A stretch of 63,432 bases of DNA, filler included, from Hausera hauseri (Eukaryota): the NCBI GenBank assembly GCA_046269625.1. It is 11 parts of 11 records of this genome, joined end to end, with 100 filler letters (N's around TTAATTAATTAA, not from the genome) between each part and the next. Parts side by side here need not be neighbours in the genome. Positions count along the whole stretch, not along the records: positions 21,726 to 28,602 come from JBJURY010055663.1; positions 28,703 to 34,391 come from JBJURY010206411.1; positions 34,492 to 39,653 come from JBJURY010318272.1; 8 more parts are not named here. The stretch is one strand, 5' to 3'. The notes below the pieces were generated by a model. The model saw only the letters and a program-made list of their open reading frames with translations, was not told the origin of the DNA and ran no database searches. Made by a program: the position numbers and the translations under genes. Every line of letters begins with the position of its first letter. Within the stretch, counting starts at the first letter, position 1. Shown in pieces: positions 26,756 through 39,397 of the stretch.

Positions 26756-27343
26756 TCAGATTTTTACTAACAATGTGCGGAAAGCTATTTTATATTTATT
26801 GCTCATACGATAATAGAAAAAGATGTTTACAGATGAATTTATCGACTCAAGTATGAGGCCAAAGCCACCGAATACTATCGTGAAATTTCTGTACTTACCG
26901 TCAATAAAAAAATCTCGTTTCAATAACGCAACTAAAAATACAATACTTATTAGCATGAAGCAAGCTATAAACAATACAGAAATCATTACAACCATTTTGG
27001 AGACTTTCCGATTACGACTGGAGATATTTGCTTGAATTTGTACCGATGATTCCATTCTCCATTTTGTATTAATTTGTAACTTAATGACAAGTAACAAAGT
27101 ACAAATAATGACAGCCACAAATGACATAAAGGGAAGTAATACGTTGTTTACAAGATACGAAAGTTGTGCTACTTTGTCTCTATTTTCCGTGAAGACGAGT
27201 CCAATGAGAGTTTTATTTCTGTCAGGGAAATATTTCCAGTCCAGTTTGTTGAAGACGTACTCCGGGGTTACGCTGGATATCAGAACGATGTAGATGTGTG
27301 CGATTATGATAATCACTCGTTTCGTTGTTAGGATTGTTTTTAC
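26756..27343 (-). CDS. Rhodopsin-like chemosensory GPCR, terminal exon (TM4-TM7)
   Basis: Acceptor TACAG then VKTILTTKRVIIII..RNKTLIGLV..RNRKVSKMVVMISVLFIACF..LESINSSVNIFFYYRMSNKYK; resembles the Aplysia-type chemosensory receptor expansions of gastropods. Confidence 0.85.
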   Translation of the reverse strand, partial: VKTILTTKRVIIIIAHIYIVLISSVTPEYVFNKLDWKYFPDRNKTLIGLVFTENRDKVAQLSYLVNNVLLPFMSFVAVIICTLLLVIKLQINTKWRMESSVQIQANISSRNRKVSKMVVMISVLFIACFMLISIVFLVALLKRDFFIDGKYRNFTIVFGGFGLILESINSSVNIFFYYRMSNKYKIAFRTLLVKI

Positions 27344-27834
27344 CTGTATCAGGTATTAAATAAAGTTAAAATAAATAATAATCTTTGCAAGTGTATTTTT
27401 GTGTGTGAATCAAATATCAAATTAAAATACTGACATACAACTTTCCTTTAAAATAAAGCTCTGGTAGTTCGTACATACGATATTCAATTCTGGCTCATTT
27501 ACTTTTGGACCTCAGTCTTTTACTACAATTCAAACTCCCACTCCTAGCCTCACTCAGTTATTTGTTTATCAGTTTTGGAAAAAATAAATATGAATATTAT
27601 AAGTCTATATTTTATAGAGTGAATGCAAGCTCTCCTGAAAATGACTACTGTGTCCTAAGAAGGACGTTTGAGGAATGTAATTGAACTTTCCTGCTGTCCC
27701 GTGAAGAACTGACGCTCAATGACGCGGAGATTAATCAGTAACAGTAACAATTGGATGGAGGCACCTAACATAAAATGTAGTCACAATGACAAGGCAGACA
27801 TCATGAGGCCCAGTTTGAAAAATAAAGTGAGAGA

Positions 27835-28200
27835 ATCATCATCATTATGATCACCATTATCCAGTAAACCATAACTGTCTTTGTGGCATACTGAGTGACT
27901 ATTAAGTGACTCTTTTCCATTCATTTCTTTGTTGCATGCTAAGAAACAGGCTGTTCATTTCGTATCGTCGTATTCTGTCTGCTCTATTTTCGGCTACGCA
28001 GCATTGTTCCTTGTAGAATTGGTTTTGCAAAATCATTAGCTTGTGTGTCGTGGTCATACCATTTTATTTTCCGCACCTTCACGGTTGTCAGAAGATCGTA
28101 ATATGGGCCAGGGTCTTTTAGAATTCTCCCTGGTATTGCTTCATTTGAAACTTGACATATGTCATACATTTATGTGGTTGTAGGGTTAACTGAATACGAC
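27835..28200 (-). mobile_element. RTE LINE 3' end remnant
   Basis: DLLTTVKVRKIKWY..AKPILQGT; (TGA)n-type tail at about 27835-27850; same type as 61846-62442. Confidence 0.75.
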
Positions 28201-28602
28201 GATGTATGCAAAATCTGTCCGTAACACTGCAGGATGTTAGAGCAAATATTTTTGCGTAAAATATACGGTGATCAACCTTTGAAAAGAGAAACAATGGACA
28301 GACCACGTATCGACCAGTATCGACTATGGCTGCATCACGGATTCGTTACTTAGTCGTCACTCATTTCCATAAAGAAGTTTAGACCAGAAGACGAATTAGC
28401 TAAACTATTTCTTAATGTAAATAATATAACTAAATAATTTCAAATCCTGGTTAAAGCACTGGGAAATGTTTCTCCTAGATCTGTTAAAAACTGTTAGTCA
28501 CTCCTTAATGTATGGATCGCGAGACTGAATGAAATCTTTATTTAACCAGGGTTGAGAAATAGGCACTTAGCCTTTTTACATTTCTGCCCTAGACAACAAA
28601 AT

Positions 28603-28702
28603 NNNNNNNNNNNNNNNNNNNNNNNNNNNNNNNNNNNNNNNNNNNNTTAATTAATTAANNNNNNNNNNNNNNNNNNNNNNNNNNNNNNNNNNNNNNNNNN
28701 NN
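28603..28702. other. Artificial contig spacer
   Basis: Same 100-nt linker. Confidence 0.98.
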
Positions 28703-29699
28703 ACTGATGAATTTAATGACGTTTTATTCAGCCCAGACGATGAGAAATGTTTCATTGTTAACGAGACTGCTCAATGTTGCACCATCCATACCCACAAATA
28801 CATCAATAACTTCGGCAGTTCGGTGTCCGCTCTGCAATGAAACAAATGTGCAAAATTTCCCATACTAAACTGATTGGATTTATTGGGTGGTTCCAATAAA
28901 TAACGGGAATATTCAACATCTTTCGGTTTTGGTTTATTATTGACTTTGTTCTCGTTTGTTGGTTAGCTTATAAATAATTTATCACTTCGTCTCGCTGTCA
29001 CAATATCCATGTATTATGTATAATTGTTCTTCCTGAAAATGTTCTTTAACCAACAGACTGAACATTTTGAGTAACAGTTAATCTGAAGCCGGAGTTCGGA
29101 TGGCGGTTCGATACCAGAGTATCTGCGCCTAATATTTTTATGGACAATGCAAACAGTCTTCTGAATCCTCGTAATTACACCTGTCTATTATATATATAGG
29201 TATGGATATGTCGATTTTCCTTTTTTCATATCATCAAGAAATTTGATCAATAGTGCTCTTTAACTAGGAATAGATATTCGTATGCCGATCCGTTATCAAA
29301 ATTCGACGTTCAATTTCTTCTATTGTTGATATAGTGTCCCTTATATACTTTCGGGAAAGTCTCAATAATCTAAATCGTGGGGACATCGTGTTCCTTGTAT
29401 ATCGTGAACTCCTAATGTTCCGATTGGTATATTGTGAGCTCCTATTGACCCGATCGTTAGTTTCTCTAGAGGTTTCCCAATTATTCGTTTCCTTGACTTT
29501 CCTCATGTTCTCCTTAGTCAGTTAATTAAACAAAATGATATTTCATATCAGTGCAATCTAACACCCACTACCATAAGATTCCAATTAATGTTTATTCTTG
29601 TAATGTGATAAAATTTTTATCATAAGATGGAAGTGATTCTAATTCGATCATGGTTATTTTGGGCTATTACCCCTTGATATTGTGGTGTTAAATAACCGA

Positions 29700-30030
29700 T
29701 ATTATAGTGTTAGACACTGGAACAGGTATTTGCAAATATCGCATACTCTAAGATTAATAAGGTACAATAGTGTGCCCGATGTTAAAAGTTTCCAAGGTAC
29801 AGAATCATCATCTTGCTTTTAATATTATAAGATACCTCTGAATAAATAAGATACCTCTGAAGATTCTTCGAAAATAGGTTCAATGTTATGAATGATGGTT
29901 GAATATTGAAAAACATACAAATGTGTGGGTAAGTTGTGTTAAAGTGACGCCTTTGTATATTCGGGATTTCAAATGTCAAACCAGGTCCAAGAGTACTTAT
30001 TTCTATCTATGTTCCATCACGGACGATAGA
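29700..30030 (-). pseudogene. Possible decayed Ig-domain gene fragments
   Basis: VRDGT*IEISTLGPGLTFEIPNIQRRH and KLLTSGTLLYLINLRVCDICKY resemble Ig E-F strand patterns; weak. Confidence 0.3.
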
Positions 30031-30492
30031 CCCTCGAAATCAATCAGAGATAGTAACACAAAATATAGTTTCAAATAACTGAAAAATTATCATTAGTCAC
30101 ATATAATGAAATAATATATAATTGCTAATTCAATCAATTTGAAATTTCCATATGTAATTAATATTATAAATATTCGAACATGAATCAGATTTACAAAACC
30201 GTAACTACGAAAATGTCACATCGATAATTAAATAAACATAATTCCTAATTGAACTGAACAAGTGCTTCGAAATCTATTATTATTTCGTTACCAGCAGGAT
30301 GACACTCGGTGTAATATTCACCTGACCCAAATTTCGTTAATAAAACATCACATAACTTCGTAGCACCATTTCAGGATAGTTTCACAAAATATTTTCAAAC
30401 TATAAATTGGCCTGCACAATCAAATTAATAAACTTGTCGTTCGAAGAAAGAAGTAAAATTTTATGTCATTTTTATTTTTAATTTTTTTATAG

Positions 30493-31186
30493 ATTTTCAT
30501 TTATCAAAATCAATGGCAGTGAGTCATTTTACATTATTAATCATTTTATTATTATTAATTTATAAATGTTAGAAATATTTAGCGCCATGTAAAATATATT
30601 AGTTATTAATAATATGAAAAATGAGGCTCTTGGAAATTTATATAATTCATGGTCAGGTATGTACATAGATAAATGTATACATGATGAAATATGCTATTAT
30701 GAATTAAACCAATGCATTTTAGATTGATAGAACATCAAGAAATGAACGAAAAAGAACTTAATGAAAATACTTTGAATAAGTGTCAAATGCTAGCTGAATC
30801 AATGTATGTTTAATTCATTTTGAAATTAGCGGGAAGAATAAAGTTACTGCAATACCCCAAAATCATCTCCCCAGAAAAATCCTACGTTTAGATCTGTGAT
30901 AAGACAATTCTATTTGAAAAATCAGTTTTACTTTCAGTTGGATGGACAAATTTAATTGACTAAAACAGTAAAATCAAATATAAAAAATGAAAATTGTCTC
31001 AATATTTACAATTTAGCAGAGAAATCACACATCACTCTTTCCGAGTCACTAGATTCTGTTTTATTGGAATCGCGGTATGTTAATTGAGTAGAGAAAAAAA
31101 CTGAATTTTTTATTAAAATATTTTTCAATTGTTAGATTTGACATACTTGGGAAAAATGCCCCACAGATTTATTTTCATTAATTATG
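30493..31186 (+). other. Array of micro-exon-like blocks separated by 42-71 nt GT-AG intron-like spacers
   Basis: Blocks 30493-30518, 30573-30656, 30723-30803, 30875-30895, 30938-30967, 31017-31074, 31136-31186, each bounded by YAG and GT; no clean spliced ORF found. Confidence 0.5.
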
Positions 31187-31401
31187 GTAATGAAATCAAT
31201 ATACAAATCGATAAATTTGCACAAAGTGAAATTTATATTTTACTATGAATACCTTTAAAAGATATATATTTGAAATTATTAAAATTTTAACAAAGTAACA
31301 TTTTTTATTGTCATGCCGGAATTATAACAAATGGTCAGACAGACGTGTAAACTATAATATTGATTAATAATATGAAAAGTGTTTTACCAACAAAGGCAAA
31401 A

Positions 31402-31803
31402 AGGCGCAAGTGAAGCTTTTCGCAGTTGTTCAATTTCCCTCACTACATTTAAGAATGTTGAAGTTTAACAAGATTTTTGTTCCTTTTTTCGGGCTAATAT
31501 TCCTTTAACATTCAGCCTTCTAATATTTTCATGAAGTTCTATCAGTCTAAAATGTATTCATCTAATAAACAATCACACATTCTCATGTATCAATTTTGAC
31601 TATGCACATGAGTGGCCACAGACTATAGGCCGAATTTTAGATTGATATTTTGTTTATCGACAGAACACTAAGAAAACATAATTCGAATATTAAAATAATT
31701 TGTGCCTAAGAAAGGAACGAAAATATTGCCAAAGTTCAAAACTTCTAAACGTAATGGGGCGGGGAAGACTTGAACAAATGCAGAAAGCTGTCACATAGAG
31801 CCC
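31402..31803. mobile_element. Old MITE-like element with about 120-bp degenerate terminal inverted repeats
   Basis: Left GTGAAGCTTTTCGCAGTTGTTCAA..GTTCCTTT matches the reverse complement of right AAAGGAAC..TTGAACAAATGCAGAAAGCTGTCAC. Confidence 0.65.
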
Positions 31804-32627
31804 CTTTGAATATAAATATTTACAAAATCCGCAGCCTGAGATTTCTGGATATGCTTATGGTAAAGTGAACACCAGATTTTCTCTTATAAAAATTCTTGTT
31901 ATTTAATACGAAAAATATAAAATTCGTGGAATTTTACCGTGTTGGATTTTGTCTGTGTAATTTTGTCCTTGGATATGATGTGTATCACAAAAATGTTTCT
32001 TTTTCGTTAGAATTTTTGTTTAGACAATTATTGTATTTAGTTTGCATTTGTTATTCATTTCGAAGTTAGCAGAAAGAATAAAAGTATTGTAATATCCCTC
32101 CCACAGAAAAATCCTATGTTCAGATATCTGTCTATCCCTCAATATCAATATTTTGAGTAATGTGTACTGAAATTACGTTCACAAAATTATTGGTGAGATT
32201 TAGTTATGGCCAACAATGGTTTTTGTGCATTTAACAAAATGATTGCTGGTGAGAGTTGAAATGTACCACAAAAATGTTACTTTTTTCGTTAGAATTTTTG
32301 TTCAGACTATTATTTTGGTGATGTTGCTGGCGCATTTGTGATGGTTTTAGTAATATCGTGAGTGGTATTGACGTGCAGTTTTGCTCAATGCCTGCCTTGC
32401 TTTTGTTTTAAAACCAATTCGAAATGATTCATTAAAATTATATTTATTGATTGACAATTATGTATCTCATCAAGTTCTGAAACTAATACTTTATTCCTCG
32501 TCTACACTGTTGAAATCAGGTTTCATGGAGGGCGTTTAATCACACTTTGTAGTATGGATATTTTGGAATAACAAGGTAAAGAATCATAAATAAAAGATTC
32601 AATACAAAGAAAGTTCTATAATGAATG

Positions 32628-33078
32628 CACTTCTACATTTCTCCTCTAACATGCATATAAATTTGATTTTTTAACATTTTTCTTCATTGTATTATTGTTC
32701 TTTTAATATTCGAATGTAATGTTTTCAAAAATCTGTTTATTTAACAAATGCTATGTATAATATTTGTCCTTTGTGAAGTACATTATAACTCTGATTCATG
32801 CCATTGCGAATTAAACCAATACATTCTCGTATTGACAGACGATCAAAAAACACTTCTACATTTTTCTCCTAAAATACATAAAATTTTGATTTTTTTTTAA
32901 ATTTTTTGTTTCTTACTTGTGCTATTCTTCTTTTAATATTCGAATATAATGTTTTCAAAACATCTGTTTATTTCGCAAACACTGTATAATATTTGTCCTT
33001 TGTGCAGTCCATTATAATTTGATTCATGCCATTGTGAATTAAACCAATACATTTTCGTATTGATAGAAGATCAAAAAG
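32628..33078. repeat. Tandem duplication, two units of about 225 bp
   Basis: Units start CACTTCTACATTT at 32628 and 32851 and both end GAATTAAACCAATACATT..GATCAAAAA. Confidence 0.9.
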
Positions 33079-33468
33079 CATTATAAGTCAAATAATAAAA
33101 TTCCTTCGAATACGAAAATAAACAAGTGAAAAAGTTGTTTCGTTTGAAGGCTATAGTTGAATTATTTTACCTTTGTTTGAAAATTTTTCTTTCACTGTGC
33201 AAAGTAGTAATATATTTGCATCTCTGACTAAACAAATACGCGGATTTACTATAATATTCATTATTAATTTATATATATATATATATTTTTTCCACAGTGT
33301 TCTGTATAGTTTTACATACATTGGTGTTTAATATATTCCCTTTATCATTCTTCATAATACATTTCGTAGAATTATCATGATAGCATATTATCATAAAAAC
33401 ATAAATACATATGTTAGGGTTACAACTTTTGTAAACTACAAACCCTCCTGTTTCTGTGGCATGATTCC

Positions 33469-33577
33469 ATGAACGTTAGTTGAAAAGATTAATGAAAGAA
33501 GGATTTGTTCGAATTTAGATTTGAAGACTAAACATAAACAAATCCTTCTTTCATTACTCTTTTCAACTAACGTTCAT
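33469..33577. repeat. Near-perfect inverted repeat, 41-bp arms
   Basis: 33469-33509 vs reverse complement of 33537-33577: one mismatch. Confidence 0.95.
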
Positions 33578-33804
33578 CAATTTTCGGTATAAAAAAGCCA
33601 GTTATTTTACGAAACGTTATAATTCTAATATATGTGTAAAATTTATTAACATGAATAATAACGGGAATATATTCAACTCCTTATAATTCACTTTATAATC
33701 ATATTTTATTACAGTTAAACTACACAAATGAAACTGATCAAAGTGTTCATAATAAACTGAAATTGCATTTCAAATGTAAATCAATTTGTGACAACTGGTT
33801 TCCG

Positions 33805-33835
<31 letters not shown>

Positions 33836-33879
33836 TATTATCATCATCATCATCGTCATCAAAATCTTTTAAAAGTTGG

Positions 33880-34391
33880 ATGGATGATGTCAAAATAAAT
33901 CGATCTGATCTTTACTATGACTATTCCTTTCACACCAAATCAATTGACTTTCCATACAACAACAATAGCAAAAGCAATGGTGACATACTCCACATTAAAA
34001 GACGACGTATCGAATCTGGACAGCTTTCGCCATATTCCCATCATATACTTAATCCCGTTCATGCTAAATGTGATGCCGGATATCGCATTAATGAAGAAAA
34101 TCCTTTTTCATATATGACTAGGGAATTTGGACACAGTCGATTTACGCCGAGACTTCACATGATTCCCGAGTTATTAAAGACTGACGATGTGGAAGAAAAG
34201 TATATTGAGAAAGTCTCTTCCGACATGAGATTTAAACAACAATACCTACTAGAAAATTTAACCGGATCGTCCGGGACTGATCGTCCATGTTACATGAGGG
34301 AGCTTCCTGATGTGATTAGGTTATCTCCAACAGCTTGTAAGGATAAATTTCTTTGGATGTTTCCTTCGCCTGGTATTAGTAAGAAGGAATA
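33880..34391 (+). CDS. Hypothetical protein, 3'-truncated
   Basis: About 170 open codons from ATG in very AT-rich context, preceded by a (TCA)n tract at 33805-33860; NLS-like KRRR; no family recognised. Confidence 0.45.
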
Positions 34392-34491
34392 NNNNNNNNN
34401 NNNNNNNNNNNNNNNNNNNNNNNNNNNNNNNNNNNTTAATTAATTAANNNNNNNNNNNNNNNNNNNNNNNNNNNNNNNNNNNNNNNNNNNN
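34392..34491. other. Artificial contig spacer
   Basis: Same 100-nt linker. Confidence 0.98.
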
Positions 34492-35060
34492 GCCGAGCAT
34501 GAGGAAGCCGACTAAACCACTTCCAACACCCTTAAGAAACCGAACTTTAACAGAAAAAAATGACCCTTCCATGACCCAACGTGTACCAAAAAACATGCTC
34601 AACCATGAGGAAGACGACCTAAACACCGCCAGCACCCCTCCACCCCAAGAAAGCCAACCTTAACAGAAAATGCGCCAATTTAATGATCCGACTGGCTCTC
34701 ATGAATATGAAGAACACGAGCTAAACCACCTACAGCACTCTTAAGATACCCGATTTAAACAGAAAATATGCACCTTTCATGTGCCGACTTGTCACTAAAC
34801 ATGAAGAAGATGACCTAATCCTCCGCCAGCATTCTTAAGAAACGCAATCGTAACAGAACATATGCCCCTTCCATGACCAAACTTGCTCCCAAAGGCATGT
34901 TCAAGAAGGAGGAAGACGACATAACCCACCACCAGCACCCTTAAGATACCAAAACCTAAACGAAAATGTGCCCCTTCCATGGTCCGACTTGCTCCCATAG
35001 ACATGCTCAAGCATGAGGAAGACACCCTAAACTACTTCCAGCACCCTTAAGATACCTGCC
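34492..35060. repeat. Degenerate tandem repeat of about 105 bp, 5-6 copies
   Basis: Recurring CATGAGGAAGAC..CCAGCACCCTTAAGA..CCCTTCCATG. Confidence 0.85.
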
Positions 35061-37590
35061 CTTATAAAAAAAATATGTCCCCTTATAAACTTATACTTTA
35101 ACCCAATCGTTGTCACGGCGGTCTGGATCCTGCACCTTGAGCAGTTCTCCGGTGATGGCACCAGGGCCTATTATAGTTCACTGAACTGTTTCGTCCATCT
35201 ATCCATTTGCCTTCTTGACGTTCAAAATATATGTTAATGATGATGATCCACCGCTATAGGTCGGCCCCAATTACCGCTCAGAGTCCCCCAGTGTCCTAGA
35301 ACTTCAGGGACAGAAGGTCTCGGTCACTAAAGCCTTATACACTGGATGATGATGAAGGTCTTGTTCACTAATAGCCCTAAAAATCTTATACGCTGCGACG
35401 CCTGATGCTATCGACTCTAAGAAGAGATTGTCTTTCAAAAGTTTCGGAAGGGTGCATTCACTAAGCCCTTATACGCCCTAGTACATGGTGTTAATGACTA
35501 GAATGCTTATTAAAGCCGTTACATTGAATATCGAACACTTTACCGACGCCATCTTGGTCCAGGTTTGTTCCCCCTTGCGCCAGGCTTGCTCCTCGTGGTC
35601 TCCCGTTTTTTCTTCTTTGCGCTATAGACGCTTTCATTAACCATTTTGTCGGCATCCGGCCTCTTACTATCATTTCTGTCAGCCAGTCTTGGGCACTAAT
35701 AGCCAATGATGATGATGTAGCTGCTATAGGATGGCTTGCCGCACATAGTTAGATGTTCTTTGTCAGCTTCTCAATGCTGTCAGCAGGTCTTAGTGACGGA
35801 AACATCAGAAGGTCTTGGGCCCTACACTAGCTATAGGTCGGCTTGCCACTCAAAGTCCCAGAGCTTCCTATAGCTTCGGGAGGTCTTGCCACTAAATGAC
35901 AGTGATGATGATCTAGATGCTATAGGTCGGCTTGCCACCCAGAGCTCCACCAGCTTCCTACAGCTAAATGACAGTGATGCTGGTCCACCACTCGGTCCCT
36001 TTCAGAGTCCCTTCTTACGGCTTTGGCAGGTCTTGGTCACAGTCTCTCTTTCTTTCTCTCGCCTTTACGCATATGCTGATAAGAAGGCCTTGGTCACTGT
36101 ATAAGAAAAATCCTCCTGCTTCTACAAGTGTTGATGTCGGCTTCTCAATACTGTCAGCTGGTCTTGGGTACTACTACCTATAGGATGGCTTGTCGTCCAG
36201 AGCTACTACAGCTTCGGAAGGTCTCGGTTATGACAGATAATGATGGTCCACCACTTGGCCCTTTTCAAAGTCCCCTCCTACAATTTTAGATGGTCTCGGT
36301 CACTAAATGACATATGATGATGATCATATAAGGCTTTAGGGTGGTCCCTTTTGTTGGCTTCTCAAGGGTGTTGTCCGGTCTTGGGCACTATTACCTATAG
36401 GATAGGTTGTTGCCCAGAGCTCCTACAGCTTTGGAAGGTCTTGATCACTACTAGCTAATGATGATGAGCAATAGGATGGCTTGTCACTCAGATTTAGAAG
36501 AACCAATATGCCCCATGTCTGTGCCAGTCTTAGGTTTTCTTATTTAAGCTATATCATCTCATGAGGTGTCGGGAGGTCTTGGGCACTAATGGGCAGTGAT
36601 GATGATCCGCTAATGTCTATTGCCGATCCCAAAAAAAACCTGCTCCCGCATCCTCTCACCAGTCTTAATTATCGGACATGTCAAATATGGAAGTGTTGGA
36701 AGGACTCGTTCACTATACGGCACATGATGATGATGAATTCTCACTAAAGCCTTATACACCGCATGATGATAAAGGTCTCGGTGACTAATAGCCCTTAAAA
36801 CCTTATACGCCACGACGCCTTCTGCTATCGACTCTATTTGTCTCTTAAAAGTATTGGAAGGACTCGTCCACTAAAGCTTACTGATGATGTTACATTGATT
36901 ATCAACCCTTTACCGCCGCCATTTTGCTCCCGATTTGGTCCCCCATATGCCCCCTTTTGTTTCTTCTTTACGTTATAGTCTCCAACAAGCTCCTCTGCTC
37001 CCATGCTCCCTACATGAGACGTCGGCAGGTCTCGATCACTAAACGACAGTGGTGATGATCCACCGCTCGGCCCCCTTTCAGCCCTTTTAGAGTCTCCTCA
37101 CAACACACAACAGAACTCTAACTAAAAAAGAAATTACGTCACCAAGATGCTGACTTCATCAAAAAAGAAGATATACACTACAAAGACACAAGACACAACA
37201 GAACTCACATCTAACTAAAGAAATTACGTCACCAAGATGTTGACTTCATCAAAAAAAGAAGATATACACCAGCTACAAGGACACAACACTCAGCATTCCA
37301 GAGGCCCTAACTAATCAGCAAAAGAATGATGATGATGATGCTAACTAATTAAAAAGGCTAACTAATTAAAAACGACATAATTACCTAAAACAAAACACGC
37401 ACTCTTACTGTTAGCGCCGCCACCGATAGTATTTTTCTCTTTGAGTCAATTAACGCCGCCCTCGATCGTATTTTTCTCTTTGAGTCATTTAGCACTGCCA
37501 ACACATCCAGACACATCCAGAATATTTCCTTATATCCGCTATATTAGAGCACATCCAGAAATACGCTTCGTTTTTCATCCCTATACTACT
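34492..37590. mobile_element. Probable terminal region of a Polinton/Maverick element
   Basis: Ends CCCTATACTACT at 37590 (reverse complement AGTAGTATAGGG); nested subterminal tandem repeats; sequence character changes after 37590. No core gene seen in this piece. Confidence 0.6.
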
Positions 37591-37889
37591 TGCGGGATTA
37601 GCACATGAATAAACTATTTACATGGTTGGTTACTAGTTGGATTACTGAAACGAAGTGTGTCAGAGTATCGCTCGTAGTGGCATATGGTGAAGTAGTGTGG
37701 GTGTGAAGTTGTTGTTATGATAGTTTATATGTATTCAGGGCATCTATATGTGACGGCAAGTGACAATTGGGTAGAAGATGTAGGGTGTGTTGGTGGGACT
37801 CTTGACAGCCAGTGGTCACCAACAACAAGTGTGGTGTCACTAACTGAGTAGAACGGCGACAGAGAAATAGAATAAAGAATATTCTTCCA

Positions 37890-38330
37890 CATCCACCATT
37901 ATAATTGTGATGTCGTCTTTCTTTGCCTCCTGTATAGTTTCTGTATAATTTCTTGCAATTTGCTGTATAATTCCTCGATGTCTACATCATTTGCTGCAGA
38001 TGTTGGTGCATATATCTGTATGACTGTGATGTTTCTTGTTTTTTTTTTCCTTCAATCTAATTGCTATTATCCCATCATTTATTTAGTTGTAACCTAGGAG
38101 TGTTGATTTTACTTTCTTTGTTAGGATGAAACCAACTCCTCCCTGTCCACTTTTTTCTTTCCCTGAGTATATAAATTTTTCTCCTGTGTTGGTTATGAGT
38201 TCACCCTTTCCAGCCCACCTGTGTTCAGCAATTCCTAGTATGTCTGTGTTTGTTCTTGTCATTTCTTTGGTGAGCATTTCCAGCTCTCCGTCGTCTAGTG
38301 TTCTTGCATTCTATTTACCTATCCTTATTT
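37890..38330 (-). mobile_element. RTE-type LINE apurinic endonuclease remnant
   Basis: *NARTL..DILGIAEHRW..IYSG..GVGFIL..TVIQIYAPTS. Confidence 0.85.
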
Positions 38331-38689
38331 TGCTTTTCTTCTGTTTTTCTAAATGTCGACTGATACCCACAGATAAAATTCCAGCTGTATATTTAAAACG
38401 AAATCACTGGACCTTCAGTGATTACTCGCTTGTTACTGGCAAACAGCAGTCACGATGTTTGACATTTCAGATGAATTATAAACACCACGCAGGTTGGGTA
38501 TTTTCCCTTGGCTTTAAGCTAACTAATATTGATTTGTATGTCTTAGCAATGAAAGGGTTAAAGAAAATTATGGTTTTAAATAGTTTTTTTAAAAACTTCT
38601 AAACGTACGCGATTATCAAATTAACAAACAAACAAATATTGTTGATCAAAGCATGTCGCACACGGAGTTGGTGAGAAACAAACAAAAGA

Positions 38690-38960
38690 CACAAACAATA
38701 TTTCTCTAGAGTTTAGAATCCGGCGCGCAGACAGATTCACATAGTATGCTGCGTAAGATTGGAAAACGCATGTTTTAAAGAGAATGAAACATTCTTCTCG
38801 ACCACCGGATGGTTGAAATTATTATATGGATATACAGAATAGGTCAAGAAGGTGTGAGGGGCAACGAGAAGGCAGCCATTTTAGCCAGATAAGCAATCGT
38901 CGAGGGTACACTGACAATGGATAAATCAGATGTAATGCAAGCCTTGGAGGAAAAAATTGC
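38690..38960 (+). mobile_element. LINE-type RNase H remnant
   Basis: TDSHSMLRKI..WIYRIGQEGVRGNEKAAILA (cf. WxxGHxGxxGNExADxLA). Confidence 0.65.
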
Positions 38961-39397
38961 GTGGGGATAAAGAACGGAAAGAGAATCCTATTTAAGAAGA
39001 ATGATGGAGATAAAGGGTGAAGTCAGAGGGCGCAGCTATAGTCGAGCATTCACAGCAGTGTGGACTACAAACTAACCCTACAAACCCTAAATATCTCAGA
39101 ATCATAAATGCTACAAATGGCTTAAATAGAACTGTACCAGGTACGAGCCATTAGACTTAATGTGCTGTGATGGGGTTAAGCTCAGGCAGGGGGATCTGTT
39201 TTATTGACCATGATGTGAACCAGCATGCAGCTTGTGAGCTGTTATCAGCACTATTGGCCTGTTTGACTTGCAGTCTGTATTTTGATTATATCATATTATA
39301 TTCTATAATCATTGTAAACTGAAATAAAGTTATATTTGTATATGACTTGTAAAAATTTAATTTTGTCCAAAAATTTTTCAATTGTTGAAATGTTTAG

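Noticed and set aside
28703-29520. Possible BEL/Pao gag remnant on the minus strand
   Set aside because: Only a weak knuckle-like LQSGHRTAE patch; not enough to call.
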